Of a DNA stretch of 64,000 bases, positions 13,300 to 25,102 are shown piece after piece (within the stretch, counting starts at the first letter, position 1; each line of letters opens with the position of its first letter). The notes under the pieces were generated by a model. That model did not search any database. It was not told the DNA's origin and saw nothing but the letters and a program-made list of their open reading frames with translations. This DNA is from Dendrobates tinctorius (taxonomy: Eukaryota): NCBI RefSeq assembly GCF_039654945.1, contig NW_027361988.1, positions 1,240,001 through 1,304,000 on the forward strand, given 5' to 3'. A program made the translations under genes and the position numbers.

Positions 13300-16200
13300 G
13301 ATGGCAGAAAGAACTACCCCCTCGCCTAAGATGGTAGCAGGCTTAGTCACAACAGGAGAATCAGCAAGGAAACTCCTAGAGAGGGCGTCTGCCTTGACAT
13401 TCTTAGTGCCCGGAAGAAAAGAGACCACAAAATCAAAACGTGTGAAAAACAAGGCCCACCTAGCCTGTCTAGGGTTCAAGCACTTGGCCGATTCAAGATA
13501 AATCAAATTCTTGTGGTCGGTGAGGACCACAACTTGATGTCTAGCTCCCTCCAACCAATGTCTCCACTCTTCAAATGCCCATTTCATGGCCAACAATTCC
13601 CGATTCCCCACGACATAGTTACGTTCAGATGGGGAGAACTTTCGAGAAAAGAAGGCACAAGGATTAATTTTAGAAGTCACCGGATCTTTTTGGGACAAAA
13701 CAGCTCCTGCACCAATCTCAGAAGCATCTACCTCCACCTAAAATGGAAGTGAGACATCAGGTTGCCGTAGAACCGGAGCAGAAGTGAATCTCCGCTTAAG
13801 CTCCTGAAATGCCGAGACAGCCTCTGGAGACCATTTCAGCACATCAGCGCCCTTCTTGGTCAGATCAGTCAGTGGTTTGACAATACCAGAAAAATTACCT
13901 ATAAATTTACGATAAAAATTAGCAAACCCCAAAAAATTCTGGAGAGCCTTCAAAGAAGTGGGCTGAACCCAATCATAAATGGCCTGTAGCTTGGCCGGGT
14001 CCATTTCAATAGTCGACGAAGACAAAATAAATCCCAAAAATGAAATCCTCTGTACACCAAAGAGGCATTTCGATTCCTTAACATACAGGGAATTTTCCCT
14101 CAAAATCCGGAACACAGTCCGGACATGTTCCACATGAGAATCCCAATCACTGGAAAAGATCAAAATATCATCCAGATAGATGATCAAAAACTTATCCACA
14201 AAGTCCAGAAAAATATCATTCATAAAGGATTGGAAGACAGAAGGGGCATTAGTGAGCCCAAAAGGCATCACCAGGTACTCAAAATGTCCCTCAGGAGTAT
14301 TAAACGCTGTCTTCCATTCATCCCCGTGCTTGATGTGAACAAGATTATACGCCCTCCTGAGGTCAAGCTTAGTAAACCAGCAGGCACTCTTAACTCTGGA
14401 GAATAAATCAGACATCAGAGGTAATGGGTACTGATATTTAACTGTAACTTTGTTAAGGGAACGATAGTCAATACAAGGTCTTAATGAACCATCTTTCTTG
14501 GTAACAAAAAAACCCCAGCACCTAAGGGTGAAGAGGATGGTCTAATATGACCCTTCTCCAACGACTCCTTGATATAAGATCGCATAGCATCATGTTCGGG
14601 TACAGATAAGTTGAAAAGCCGACCCTTGGGAAAATTACACCCGAGCATCAACTCAATTGCACAGTCAGAACTCCTATGAGGAGGCAAAAATGCAGACTTA
14701 CTCTCACTAAATACATCAGAAAAATCAGCCAAATAATCAGGAATATCATGAGACTGAGGAGAGGTGGAGAAAACATGAGTGTCACTAAGAACACACTGAC
14801 AACGCCAACTCACCACAGACACAGATGTCCAATCCAAAACTGGATTATGAGTTTGCAACCAGGGAAAACCCAGAACAATAGTATCATGCAAATTGTGCAG
14901 CACCAAAAATTTACAATTTTCTTGGTGTTCTGGGGCGACCCGCATTATCACCTTGGTCCAAAACTGAGGTTTATTCTCCGCCAAAGGAGTAGCATCAATA
15001 CCCCTCAAAGGAATAGGCGTCCGCAGAGGTATCATGGGAAAACCATAACGTTTAGCAAAGTCCAAATCCATCAGATTCAAAGCTGCTCCTGAATCTACAA
15101 AAGCCTTAGCGGAAAATGTGGATAAGGAGCAGATCAGAGTAGTTGCCAAAAGGAACTTAGATTGTACACTGCCCACAGCAAATGTGTGTGCAAAATGTTT
15201 CTCTCGTTTAGGGCAGACAGAAATAGTATGAGAGGCATCTCCACAGAAAAAACACAGCTTATTACGCCTTCTAAACTCCTGATGTTGCGCCCTAGACAAA
15301 ACCCTATCACATTGCACAGGTTCAGACGTTTGTTCAAAAGGCTGCAATGCCTCTCGTGTAGTTTTATGTTCACGTAAACGCCGATCAACTTGAATGGCCA
15401 ATGACATAGAATCATCTAGACCAGAGGGAACAGGAAATCGCACCATAACATCTTTTACGGTTTCTGATAAACCCTTCCGAAAGAGAACTGCCAAGGCACC
15501 ATCATTCCATGTAGTAAGGACCACCCACTTTTGGAATTTTTGACAGTATAACTCTGCAGAATCCTGACCTTGGTTCAATGCCAATAGGGTTTTCTCAGCT
15601 TGATGAATAGCATTAGGTTCATCATACAACAACCCCAAGGCTTGAAAAAATGCATCCACATTAGTCAGAATAGGATTTCCAGGTGTCAGAGAAAAAGCCC
15701 AATCCTGGGGATCACCGCACAGCAAGGAGATGACAATTTTAACCTGCTGCAAAGAGCTCCCCGATGAGTTAGGCTTCAAGGCAAGAAATAATTTACAATT
15801 ATTCTTAAAATTCAAAAATATATACCGATCCCCAGAAAACACATCAGGAGTAGGGATTTTTGGTTCAACAGCATGTGATTGAGCGAGATAGGTGGAAATT
15901 CCCCGCACTTCAGCAGCGAGCTGCTCAACACGATCAGACAATTGCTTTATCTCCATTAAGGAAGAAATCCTCCCATGGCCCCAGAGAAAAAGAGGAAAAA
16001 ATACATATAAAGAAAAAATTCTGACACTTTTTTTTTTCTACAATTCTTTCCTGCTTTTGAGTACCCTAGAATCTGCGGTTTAGGCTGGTGATTCTGTTAA
16101 GATTGGGTCACCGAGGAGGAAAACAAGCCCAGGCTAAGCCACAGAAAACCAGAGAGGTTGGTAACTAAGCAGATTGCAGACCCCTGATCCTACCCACACA

Positions 16201-16997
16201 ACTAGCAGCAGCCGTGGAGCGTACCTACGATGATTCTAGATGCCTCGACACAGCCAGAGGACTAAATAAGCCTAAAGCAAGAAAAGGGGAAATGTAAACT
16301 GCCCCAGAGCAGACTCCAAAGGAATAGATAGCCCCCAAACATATATTGTCGGTGAGACAAGATGAAAACACAAGCACAGGCTGAGCAAACGATGGGGCCC
16401 ACACTAACTAGAAAGGACAGGAAAGGAAAGATACTGTCTGCAATCATGCCAAAAAACCCTTCAAAAATGTCCAACACTTCAGATAGCAAAAAATACCCTG
16501 AAGTCACTAGACTTCTCCCACTATATCAGCACTCTGGCATATTCTGAAAACAGAGCAAAAAGAGGCCAATCTAATAAGGGACAAAAAGCAAACTGGCACA
16601 AACAGTAACATAAGAATGGAAATTCAGCACAGCCCCAGTCGGGGCTGACTGACCACACAAAACTGAATAGACAAAACCAAATCGATGTGAACAATAGCAA
16701 AGAACACTTAGCATGAGAATGCAGGGACTGAACTGGAAACTAAGACCTCAGGAGGCAGGAAAAATCACCAGCATGGAAAGAGGGAGTCGGCTGTCTTAAA
16801 TCCAGTCAGAGACTCCAGATGTCTAATCGTCGTCCTCATTATCAGGCGCCAGGTCTCTGTTAATTAGATAAGCTTCATTACCTCCTGCAACCACCAGAGG
16901 GAGCCCAGAAAGAGAACTCATGACTCCTCTGTCAATACAACCAGCTCCACCACCCCCACCAGCAACCAGAGGCAGACCAGAAAGTGAATTCACAACA
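13300..16997 (-). mobile_element. Ty3/gypsy chromovirus copy 2, 3'-truncated at the hAT end
   Basis: 5' LTR 16095-16997. gag-PR ORF 14481-15956 (CFFCGDASHTISVC, VDSGA), RT 13738-14415 (YLDD), RNase H 13300-13737. Integrase and 3' LTR are absent. Confidence 0.95.
16095..16997 (-). repeat. 5' LTR of gypsy copy 2
   Basis: TG...CA termini, collinear with 3306-4197. Confidence 0.9.
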
Positions 16998-17870
16998 CCG
17001 AGCCTTCCCTTATAATGGACTAAGGACTCATCCACGCAGATGTCCATTTTGGGCATGTACACTTCAGCAAATTTTTTGTTGAAGCGTTCGATGACCGGCC
17101 GAACTTTGAACACACGGTCAAAGTTGGGGTCATCTCGCGGGGGACACTGCATTATCAGTATAGTGAAACACAAGAGAACACAAAAAGACAAATTTGCAAA
17201 AATACTCTGCAGTAAAAAACATAACAGTGATCAGCAAGTGCTGTATAACAAATACAGGGTATTTAGTTGATACGTTTTTTGCAAAAAATGTATGCCAAGC
17301 CGCATACCGCTTCACCACGTCACAGTAACCCTTCATGAAGCAGTCCCTATTTAATGTATTTAAAACCTTATTATCAGTATAGTGCAGAAATTTGTGGATG
17401 GTCTCAAAACGCTTCCGGGCCATGACCATTCTGAACACTGAAGTGTTATATAAAATATCAACACTCTAATATTACCGAATTTCTGGCTTCTTCAGGATCC
17501 CCATGTGAAGGACCAGGCCCCAAAAATGCATCATTTCAACTGCGTCTACAGGAGACACTAAATGTGATTCCTGATTCTGCCACAAAATCAGGAATCAGTG
17601 GCTCGTAATTTTTCGGGGGGGCGAGGTCCATACGGGGTCCACAGTGGAGTGCGCTGGTTCATCTTCATCATCTGGAATGGTGGGCGCTGCCTTATCTTCT
17701 GTCCTGGGACATCTGCGTGGCGGTTCCGAGGACCTGAGGAGGAAGATGAAGAATCAGAAAAGTTTAGAAATGTGGGATCCTCTCCCTCGCTATCAGTGGC
17801 GGAGGCAAGAAAAACATATGCCTCCTCCAATGAATAGCACTGTTGGGACAAATGTGACAGGTGGGACATT
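16998..17870 (-). pseudogene. piggyBac transposase N-terminal half (PGBD4-like), decayed
   Basis: Motifs MARKRFETIHKFLHYTDN, FDRVFKVRPVI and ICVDESLVHYKGRL (first catalytic Asp). Interrupted by the gypsy LTR. Confidence 0.9.
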
Positions 17871-18019
17871 TTTTTATGAGTATGGTGCTTGGGTGTACTT
17901 TATTTATAACTGTATGTGTATGTATGGGGGGATAGTGATTGGTGCAAACTATTCTGAAAAGAAAAAGCTAAAAGAAAAAAGCAAATAAGGAGAAAAAAAT
18001 GCCTGTGAAAAGAAAAGTG

Positions 18020-18410
18020 TAAAACAGCAGGCCCTAGCTCTGATAAGTGAACTGTGTCACTTATCAAAGTTCGGTGGCTGCTGGATGTGCCCATGGAGGT
18101 CGCGAAAATAAAGTGTCTAAAACAGTAGGCATGTGCTCTGATAAGTGAACTGTTTCACTTATAGAAGTTCGGCAGCTGCCTTATGTGCGCACGGGGTGGC
18201 GCAAGGGGGGTGAAAAAAATGGAAAACGGCAGGAACGAGCTCTGATAAGTGAACTGCGTCACTAATCAAAGTTTGGCGGCTGCATGATATATGTACAGAT
18301 TTGGCGCAAAGAGGGTTGAGAAAAAAGCGAGCACGAGTGTTGATTTGTGAACTACGTCACCAATCAACGCTCGGCAGCTGCTAAATGTGCGCACGGAGGT
18401 GGCGCAAAGG
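18020..18410. repeat. Four ~100-bp tandem units with palindromic core tgataagtga-N6-tcacttatca
   Basis: Cores start at 18041, 18139, 18243 and 18341. Confidence 0.8.
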
Positions 18411-19460
18411 GGGTGGAGGGGGTAAAAAGAAGGGGATGGGGAATTGGGGTGGATGAAGAGAGATTGGGCAGGGGGCCGCTTCAGGGATCAACACTTAAGG
18501 TTGTAGTCTCTCTTCTTTCTTCTGTCTTCTTTCTTCAGCAGGAATTGTGGTGTCACAGGTTTCAGTGGCACAACAAGACCTAGCACAGGAGGGGCTCTGG
18601 CAGTGTAATTGATCTGCAGGAATCCTCAGCTAGCATGAGGACCTGCAGTGCGGTCACAGACAAGTCAGAGACAGGTCACAGAGCGGTCATACCGCTGCTG
18701 TGAGCTGTCATTGGAGGGGTCGATGATAAAATCAATCCCACCAATCAGTGCTGGTCCTGGTGATGCCGGTGTTTCTAGGCACCGGCCTAGGATCGGAGCT
18801 TACAGCTTCAATTCTAGGCCAGGTCTCCGGCAGGTCACCAGCAGGGCACAACGCGGTCACACGGCAGCTGTGCCCTGTGATTGGCACGATCGATTACATT
18901 GATCGTGCTAAGCTTCAGCTGCAGGCCATACCAGACCTTTCCTAGGCACTGGCCTAGGATTGGTGCTATTACAGCACTGATCCAGGCAGATACCGGCAGG
19001 GTACAGCGCGGTAACACCGCTACTGTGCCCTGCGATTGGTGCTATTGATTGTGCCAATCTAAGCAGTTTTGGCCAATGCCTGGCGTTGCCAGGCACCGGC
19101 CTGGGATCTAATACATCAGCACTCGATCCTAGCCTGGGACCTCACTGTTTCAGCCAATCTGATTGGGGGAAACAATGAGAAAGGCTGTGATTGGCTATTC
19201 AGAATTGAACCGCCAATCACAGTGATCGGGAGGCCGGATGGAGGAGGACGCAGCCCAGGATGCCGACACCATCTTCCTACAGGTAAGATGACGTCGGAAT
19301 TTTAGTATCGCATTAAAGTGCATGATGTACTATTCTGTCCATGGGAATTAAGTCCCAGGTCATATAGACGGAATAGTACATCTGAGGTCAGAGAGAGGTT
19401 AAACAGCTCTGGTGAAATGAAAGATGCTTAGTGTTTGGTTGCTATGTGGAGTGGGCATGG

Positions 19461-19491
<31 letters not shown>

Positions 19492-19495
<4 letters not shown>

Positions 19496-20709
19496 CACTG
19501 GCCACTTTATTAGGTACACCTGTCCAACTGTGTGTTAAGACTTAATTTCTAATCAGCCAATCACATGGCGGCAACTCAGTGCATTTAGGCATGTAGACAT
19601 GGTCAAGACAATCTCCTGCAGTTCAAACCGAGCATCAGTATGGGGAAGAAAGGTGATTTGAGTGCCTTTGAACGTGGCATGATTGTTGGTGCCAGAAGGG
19701 CTGGTCTGAGTATTTCAGAAACTGCTGATCTACTGGGATTTTCACGCACAACCATCTCTAGGGTTTACAGAGAATGGTCCGAAAAAGAAAAAAAATCCAG
19801 TGAGCGGCAGTTCTGTGGCCGGAAATGCCTTGTTGATGCCAGAGGTCAGAGGAGAATGGGCATACTGGTTCGAGCTGATAGAAAGGCAACAGTGACTCAA
19901 ATTGCCACCCGTTACAACCAAGGTAGGCAGAAGAGCATCTCTGAACGCACAGTGCGTCGAACTTTGAGGCAGATGGGCTACAGCAGCAGAAGACCACACT
20001 GGGTACCACTCCTCTCAGCTAAGAACAGGAAACTGAGGCTACAATTTGCACAAGCTCATCGAAATTGGACAGTAGAAGATTGGAAAAACGTTGCCTGGTC
20101 TGATGAGTCTCGATTTCTGCTGCGACATTCGGATGGTAGGGTCAGAATTTGGCGTAAACAACATGAAAGCATGGATCCATCCTGCCTTGTATCAACGGTT
20201 CAGGCTGGTGGTGGTGGTGTCATGGTGTGGGGAATTTTTTCTTGGCACTCTTTGGGCCCCTTGGTACCAATTGAGCATTGTTGCAACGCCACAGCCTACC
20301 TGAGTATTGTTGCTGACCATGTCCATCCCTTTATGACCACAATGTACCCAACATCTGATGGCTACTTTCAGCAGGATAATGCGCCATGCCATAAAGCTCG
20401 AATCATCTCAGATTGGTTTCTTGAACATGACAATGAGTTCACTGTACTCAAATGGCCTCCTCAGTCACCAGATCTCAATCCAATAGAGCATCTTTGGGAT
20501 GTGGTGGAACGGGAGATTCGCATCAGGGATGTGCAGCCGACAAATCTGCGCCAACTGTGTGATGCCATCATGTCAATATGGTCCAAAATCTCTGAGGAAT
20601 GCTTCCAGCACCTTGTTGAATCTCTGCCACGAAGAATTGAGGCAGTTCTGAAGGCAAAAGGGGGTCCAACCCCTTACTAGCATGGTGTACCTAATAAAGT
20701 GGCCAGTGA

Positions 20710-20712
<3 letters not shown>
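19492..20712 (+). mobile_element. Tc1-like transposon, DD36E (Incomer) family, intact
   Basis: Perfect ~29-bp TIRs cactcactggccactttattaggtacacc, ~1.2 kb long, embedded in (TA)n/(CA)n. Confidence 0.95.
19640..20680 (+). CDS. DD36E transposase, 346 aa, uninterrupted
   Basis: N-terminal HTH, WSDES, FQQDNA...SPDLNPIE with 36 residues between the second D and the E. Confidence 0.95.
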   Translation: MGKKGDLSAFERGMIVGARRAGLSISETADLLGFSRTTISRVYREWSEKEKKSSERQFCGRKCLVDARGQRRMGILVRADRKATVTQIATRYNQGRQKSISERTVRRTLRQMGYSSRRPHWVPLLSAKNRKLRLQFAQAHRNWTVEDWKNVAWSDESRFLLRHSDGRVRIWRKQHESMDPSCLVSTVQAGGGGVMVWGIFSWHSLGPLVPIEHCCNATAYLSIVADHVHPFMTTMYPTSDGYFQQDNAPCHKARIISDWFLEHDNEFTVLKWPPQSPDLNPIEHLWDVVEREIRIRDVQPTNLRQLCDAIMSIWSKISEECFQHLVESLPRRIEAVLKAKGGPTPY

Positions 20713-20778
<66 letters not shown>

Positions 20779-21365
20779 TCTGTTGTCCCTGGAAGACAGC
20801 TCCTGCTGATGAACACTAATAATGGTCCCTCCTCTAGATACCATTGATAAGATACATGGTGCTTCACGTCCAGCAGTTATGGTGAATAGCATATATTATT
20901 ATGGGCAGTTGTTCTTTGAGATCGGTAGATTTAACATATGTCAAACTAAAAAGTGGGTCTGTAATATCCAGAAGTTTCAAAGGTCCCGGTTACAATTGAT
21001 AACTTCCTTGTCAATTCCTGAACCTTAATGGTGTGAAAATTATATTTCCTCCTTATTAAAACCAAGCCAGGTATATATTGAGCCTAATATGAAAAACATA
21101 CCCCTTTTTCTTTCCGTCCCAATTTTTTCTTTTCTTTTTTCCATAAATTCCTTGATATTCGTGATTTCTAGTTTTTTAACAGGACTTTGGGGGCCGATAT
21201 GTCCTGGAACCCATGTTTCTCTCTGTGGCCCTGTTACACTGTGGTTCTGGTCTCCTGTCAATACTGTTTGTGAGCAGAATGGATTCCCACAATATTGAAC
21301 TATGTTCACTTTCTGAACTCAGTAGGAGCGGATTCCCAGCTCTAACGCAGAATTCGGCTCATTCT

Positions 21366-22538
21366 GGTGGATCAAGGAAATGCTGTAGATATAGTATATC
21401 TTGACTTCAGCAAAGCATTTGACAAAGTGTCTCATACAATCCTTATTGAAAAAATGACTAAGTATGGAATGGACAAGGCAACTGTTAGGTGGATTCATAA
21501 CTGGCTTAGTGATCGGACCCAAAGAGTGGTCGTAAATGGCTGCACATCCAGTTGGAAGAATGTCTCAAGTGGGGTACCACAGGGCTCTGTCCTGGGCCCT
21601 GTATTGTTCAACATCTTTATCAACGATTTAGATGAAGGAATTGAGGGTAAACTGATTAAATTTGCTGATGACACAAAGCTAGGAGGGATAGCTAATACTA
21701 GAGAAGAGAGAGAGAGGATTCAAAAAGATTTAAATAAACTGGAGAAGTGGGCAGCAACTAACAGAATGGTTTTTAACAGGGAGAAATGCAAAGTACTACA
21801 TCTGGGCAATAAAAATGAAAAAAGCATATATAGAATGGGAGGAATAGGGCTAAGTGACAGCACATGTGAAAAAGACTTGGGTATACTAATAGATCACAGA
21901 CTGAATATGAGTCAACAGTGTGATGCAGCAGCAAAAAAGGCAAATGCAATTCTAGGATGTATTAACAGAAGCATACAGTCTAGATCACGTGAAGTCATTA
22001 TTTCCCTCTACTCCTCTTTGGTCAGACCTCATCTGGAATATTGTGTCCAGTTTTGGGCACCACATTTTAAAAAAGACATCAACAAACTGGAGCAAGTTCA
22101 TAAAAGAGCGACCAGAATGGTGACCGGTCTGCAAACCCTGTCTTATGAGGAAAGGTTGCAGGATTTGGGAATGTTTAGTTTGCAAAAGAGAAGACTGAGA
22201 GGAGACTTAATAGCTGTCTACAAATATCTAAAGGGCTGTCACATTGTAGAAGGATCAACTTTATTCTCATTTGCACAAGGAAAGACTAGAAGCAATGGGA
22301 TGAAACTGAATGGGAAGAGACACAGATTAGATATTAGAAAAAACTTTTTGACAGTTAGAGTGATCAATGAGTGGAACAGGCTGCCACGAGAAGTGGTGAG
22401 TTCTCCTTCAATGGAAGTCTTCAAACAGAGGCTGGACAGACATCTGACTGGGATGATTTAGCGAATCCTGCTTTGAGCAGGGGGTTGGACCAGATGGCCC
22501 AGGAGGTCCCTTCCAACTCTACGATTCTATGATTCTAT
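21366..22538 (+). mobile_element. CR1 LINE 3' fragment, copy 1 (RT C-terminal part, open reading frame)
   Basis: YLDFSKAFD, GVPQGSVLGP, KFADD motifs and the 3' tail (ATTCTRTG)n-like gattctatgattctat. Confidence 0.95.
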
Positions 22539-22965
22539 ATTGCTGTAAAGTCACCGATTTTGTGACGTTGCAGCGATATTGCTAGCGATATCCCTGCATG
22601 TGATACTTACCTCCGACCGGCTCCCCCGCTGGTTATCACTGATCGCGCGAGAAGCTCCTGGTCCATTCCTCGTCGGCCACTTCCTGCTGGGCTTCCTGTG
22701 GCGCCCAGGGCGGGAGGACGCAGGATCGCCGCGTCTGACAGGTAAGTAGCGATCCCCGTCCCCAGCAATGTCGCTGGTGAGATCTGCCTGTGTAGCAGCT
22801 CACTAGCGACCACCTAGCGATGCACCAGCGATCCTGACCACGTCATATCGCTAGTCGGGATCGCTGGTGCATCGCTAGGTGTAACGGTACCCTAAGTGTT
22901 ACAATGAGTCACTTCTAACTGGCTAGATAGAAAAGTTGCAGACTCTGTAATCTCAGGATAAATTA

Positions 22966-23470
22966 CCGTATTTTTCGGACTATAAGATGCAACGGACCAT
23001 AAGAACACCCCAATTTTCAGTAGGAAAATAGGGGGAAAAAAAATAATGTGTCAAATGGGGGTCCGTCTTACAGTCCGAATTCAGCTTACCTGGGAAGGGA
23101 TCTGGCACAGGTGAAGTAGTCACAGGGGTCATTCAGTGGTCCAGGCTCGTGCGGTGGCGGCTCTGTGCTAGGGCAGGTTGGTTGTGCTGGGGCAGCTGCG
23201 CTGGGGGAGAGGCAGCTGCGCTGAGGCAGGGGCAGCAGCAGCGCTGGGGCAGGGGCAGCAGCAGCGCTGAGGCAGGGGCAGCAGCAGCGCTGAGGCAGGG
23301 GCAGCAGCAGCGCTGAGGCAGGGGCAGCAGCAGCGCTGAGGCAGGGGCAGCAGCAGCGCTGAGGCAGGGGCAGCAGCAGCGCTGAGGCAGGGGCAGCAGC
23401 GCTGAGGCAGGGGCAGCAGCAGCGCTGGGGCAGGGGCAGCAGCAGCGCTGGGGCAGGGGCAGCTGTGCTG
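22966..23470 (+). mobile_element. Tc2/mariner-like non-autonomous element end with an internal 21-bp minisatellite (also at 31511 and 38509, partial at ~25991 and ~41485)
   Basis: TA followed by ccgtatttttcggactataaga terminus, then (gcagcagcgctgaggcagggg)n. Confidence 0.65.
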
Positions 23471-23826
23471 GGGCAGGTGGGCTCTGTGGTGGTGGCAGCG
23501 GGCGGCGCTCTGCGGTGCGGTGGTGGCAGCGGGCTGTGCTCCGGTACAGGGACGGCGGCTCCGCCGCGATTTCTTCGCAGCCCGGAGGCCCCCGCACTTC
23601 CCTTGCTGGCCGCCGCCATGTTGCAGTGGCCTCCGGGAGCATGGACGCCGGAAAGAATCTGCCGCAGACCTCAAAATTTGAAATCTCATTTTCAAAAGTG
23701 AGAGCCGGCTAATGGTGCCAAAAATGAGAGCAATAGCTTTAACAACCGGTTCCACCGAACCGGGGAGAACCCGCTGAATCCCACCCCTGGCTGCGCCCCG
23801 AGGGCTCATAGTGCTGCGCTGTGTGG

Positions 23827-23965
23827 AGTGGGATTCGAACCCACGCCTCCACGTGGTGACTGCAGACGCTGAACACGCTCCCTGGTGCACAACAGCTTGC
23901 ACCTCCAGGGACCAGTACTGCTGCTGTCAGGAGTGGGATTCGAACCCACGCCTCTACGGGAGACT
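23827..23965 (-). repeat. Fragment of the tRNA-Leu-derived array inserted in a ~47-bp minisatellite (also 32372-32510 and 39262-39400)
   Basis: Two T-arm modules, flanked by a 32-bp direct duplication (23795-23826 and 23966-23997). Confidence 0.85.
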
Positions 23966-24279
23966 GCCCCGAGGGCTCATAGTGCTGCGCTGTGTGGTGC
24001 GGGGTGGGCAGGGTCAGCGCTGCGCCCCCAGGGCTCATAGTGCTCCGCTGTGTGGTGCGGGGTGGGTGGGGTCAGCGCTGCGCCCCCAGGGCTTATAGCG
24101 CTGCGCTGTGTGGTGCGGCGTGGGCGGGGTCAGCGCTGCACCCCCAGGGCTCATAGTGCTCCGCTGTGTGGTGCGGGGTCATCTCCCATCTCCTCCCTGG
24201 CTCTGTGCTGCTGTGTAAGATCGCTTAGTGGTGGGGGAGGGGCGGCAGTGACTGGCCGGTGGGCAGGGTCACTGTGCTA

Positions 24280-24554
24280 TGGGAACCAAGATCCGGCCTG
24301 CATAGAAGGTGGAAGAGGGAGGAGTCGTGTGACACGCCGAGCTGCCTGTGACTCATCCCCTGGCTCGGGGGGCGGAGTCAGCGCCGTGCAGCACACAAAC
24401 AGTCTCTCCCTGGCTTGCAGTACAGTGAGGCTGGGGGATGGGCGGCCGGGCTCTGTGTCACGTGGCTCCGAGCCCACCCCCTGCTTTCTCGGTCTAACTG
24501 CAGCAACAATGACGTCACCTGAGCGCCAGATTTGAACCTTGGAGCTGCCGGCCG
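24280..24554 (+). promoter_or_regulatory. Candidate Pol II promoter and first exon (repeated at ~32825-33099 and ~39715-39989)
   Basis: AP-1 TGACTCA, GC box GGGGCGGAGT, E-box GTCACGTGG, CRE TGACGTCA (24510-24517), then donor CCG|gtaact. Confidence 0.4.
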
Positions 24555-24569
24555 GTAACTGTATGCCTG

Positions 24570-24830
24570 TATGGGGTCAGCTGTGGGGGGAGGCAGGGGG
24601 TCCCTGCAGAGTGTATGGGGTCAGCTGTGGGGGGCACTACGGGTAGACAGGGGGTCCCTGCAGAGTGTATGGGGTCAGCTGTGGGGGGCACTACGGGGGA
24701 GACAGGGGGTCCCTGCAGAGTGTTTGGGGTCAGCTGTGGGGGGCACTGCGTGGGAGACAGGTGGTCCCTGCAGGGGGAGGTGAGGACAGTGTATGGGCAC
24801 AGCTGTGGGGGGCATGGCGGGGTACAGGCG
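24570..24830. repeat. ~50-bp minisatellite (gggggtccctgcagagtgtatggggtcagctgtggggggcact...), present in each sub-unit
   Basis: Direct tandem copies, with copy number varying among units. Confidence 0.9.
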
Positions 24831-25102
24831 TTCCCTGTGGGGTAGGGGAGGGTTAGGGGGGCTGTGTTGTCACTCTGCTGTGAACACTAATTATGAATGC
24901 AATATTTCCCTTATTAATTATTGTTTTTTTATTTCTCTGTCTCTCAGTAGGTAACACTTGGGGCAGTCGCCCGCTCTCTGTGTGTCTGCTGGCAATATAC
25001 GCTCGTAGAAAAAGGGGTTAATGTACCAGTACAATTCATAGGACTTAATTTTTATTCTATGTCAAAATTCAATAATTTCCTTTTCCCTTTTTTTTCCAAT
25101 AG

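Larger units (their letters stand above)
9232..19398 (-). mobile_element. piggyBac transposon relic hosting nested gypsy and hAT insertions
   Basis: TTAA at 9228-9231 and 19399-19402. Imperfect terminal inverted repeats share agatgtactattccgtc...tgacctgggac. Transposase fragments at 16998-17870. Confidence 0.8.

Noticed and set aside
13300-15956. Domesticated sushi-derived gene (PEG10/RTL-like)
   Set aside because: It retains an LTR, has stops and frameshifts, and has a second decayed copy nearby.
20776-21365. Possible decayed retroelement fragment before the macro-repeat
   Set aside because: Short ORFs without diagnostic motifs. It needs a repeat-library search.
23086-23902. Cys/Pro/Ala-rich keratin-associated-like ORFs
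   Set aside because: They come from a 21-bp minisatellite inside a non-autonomous element.
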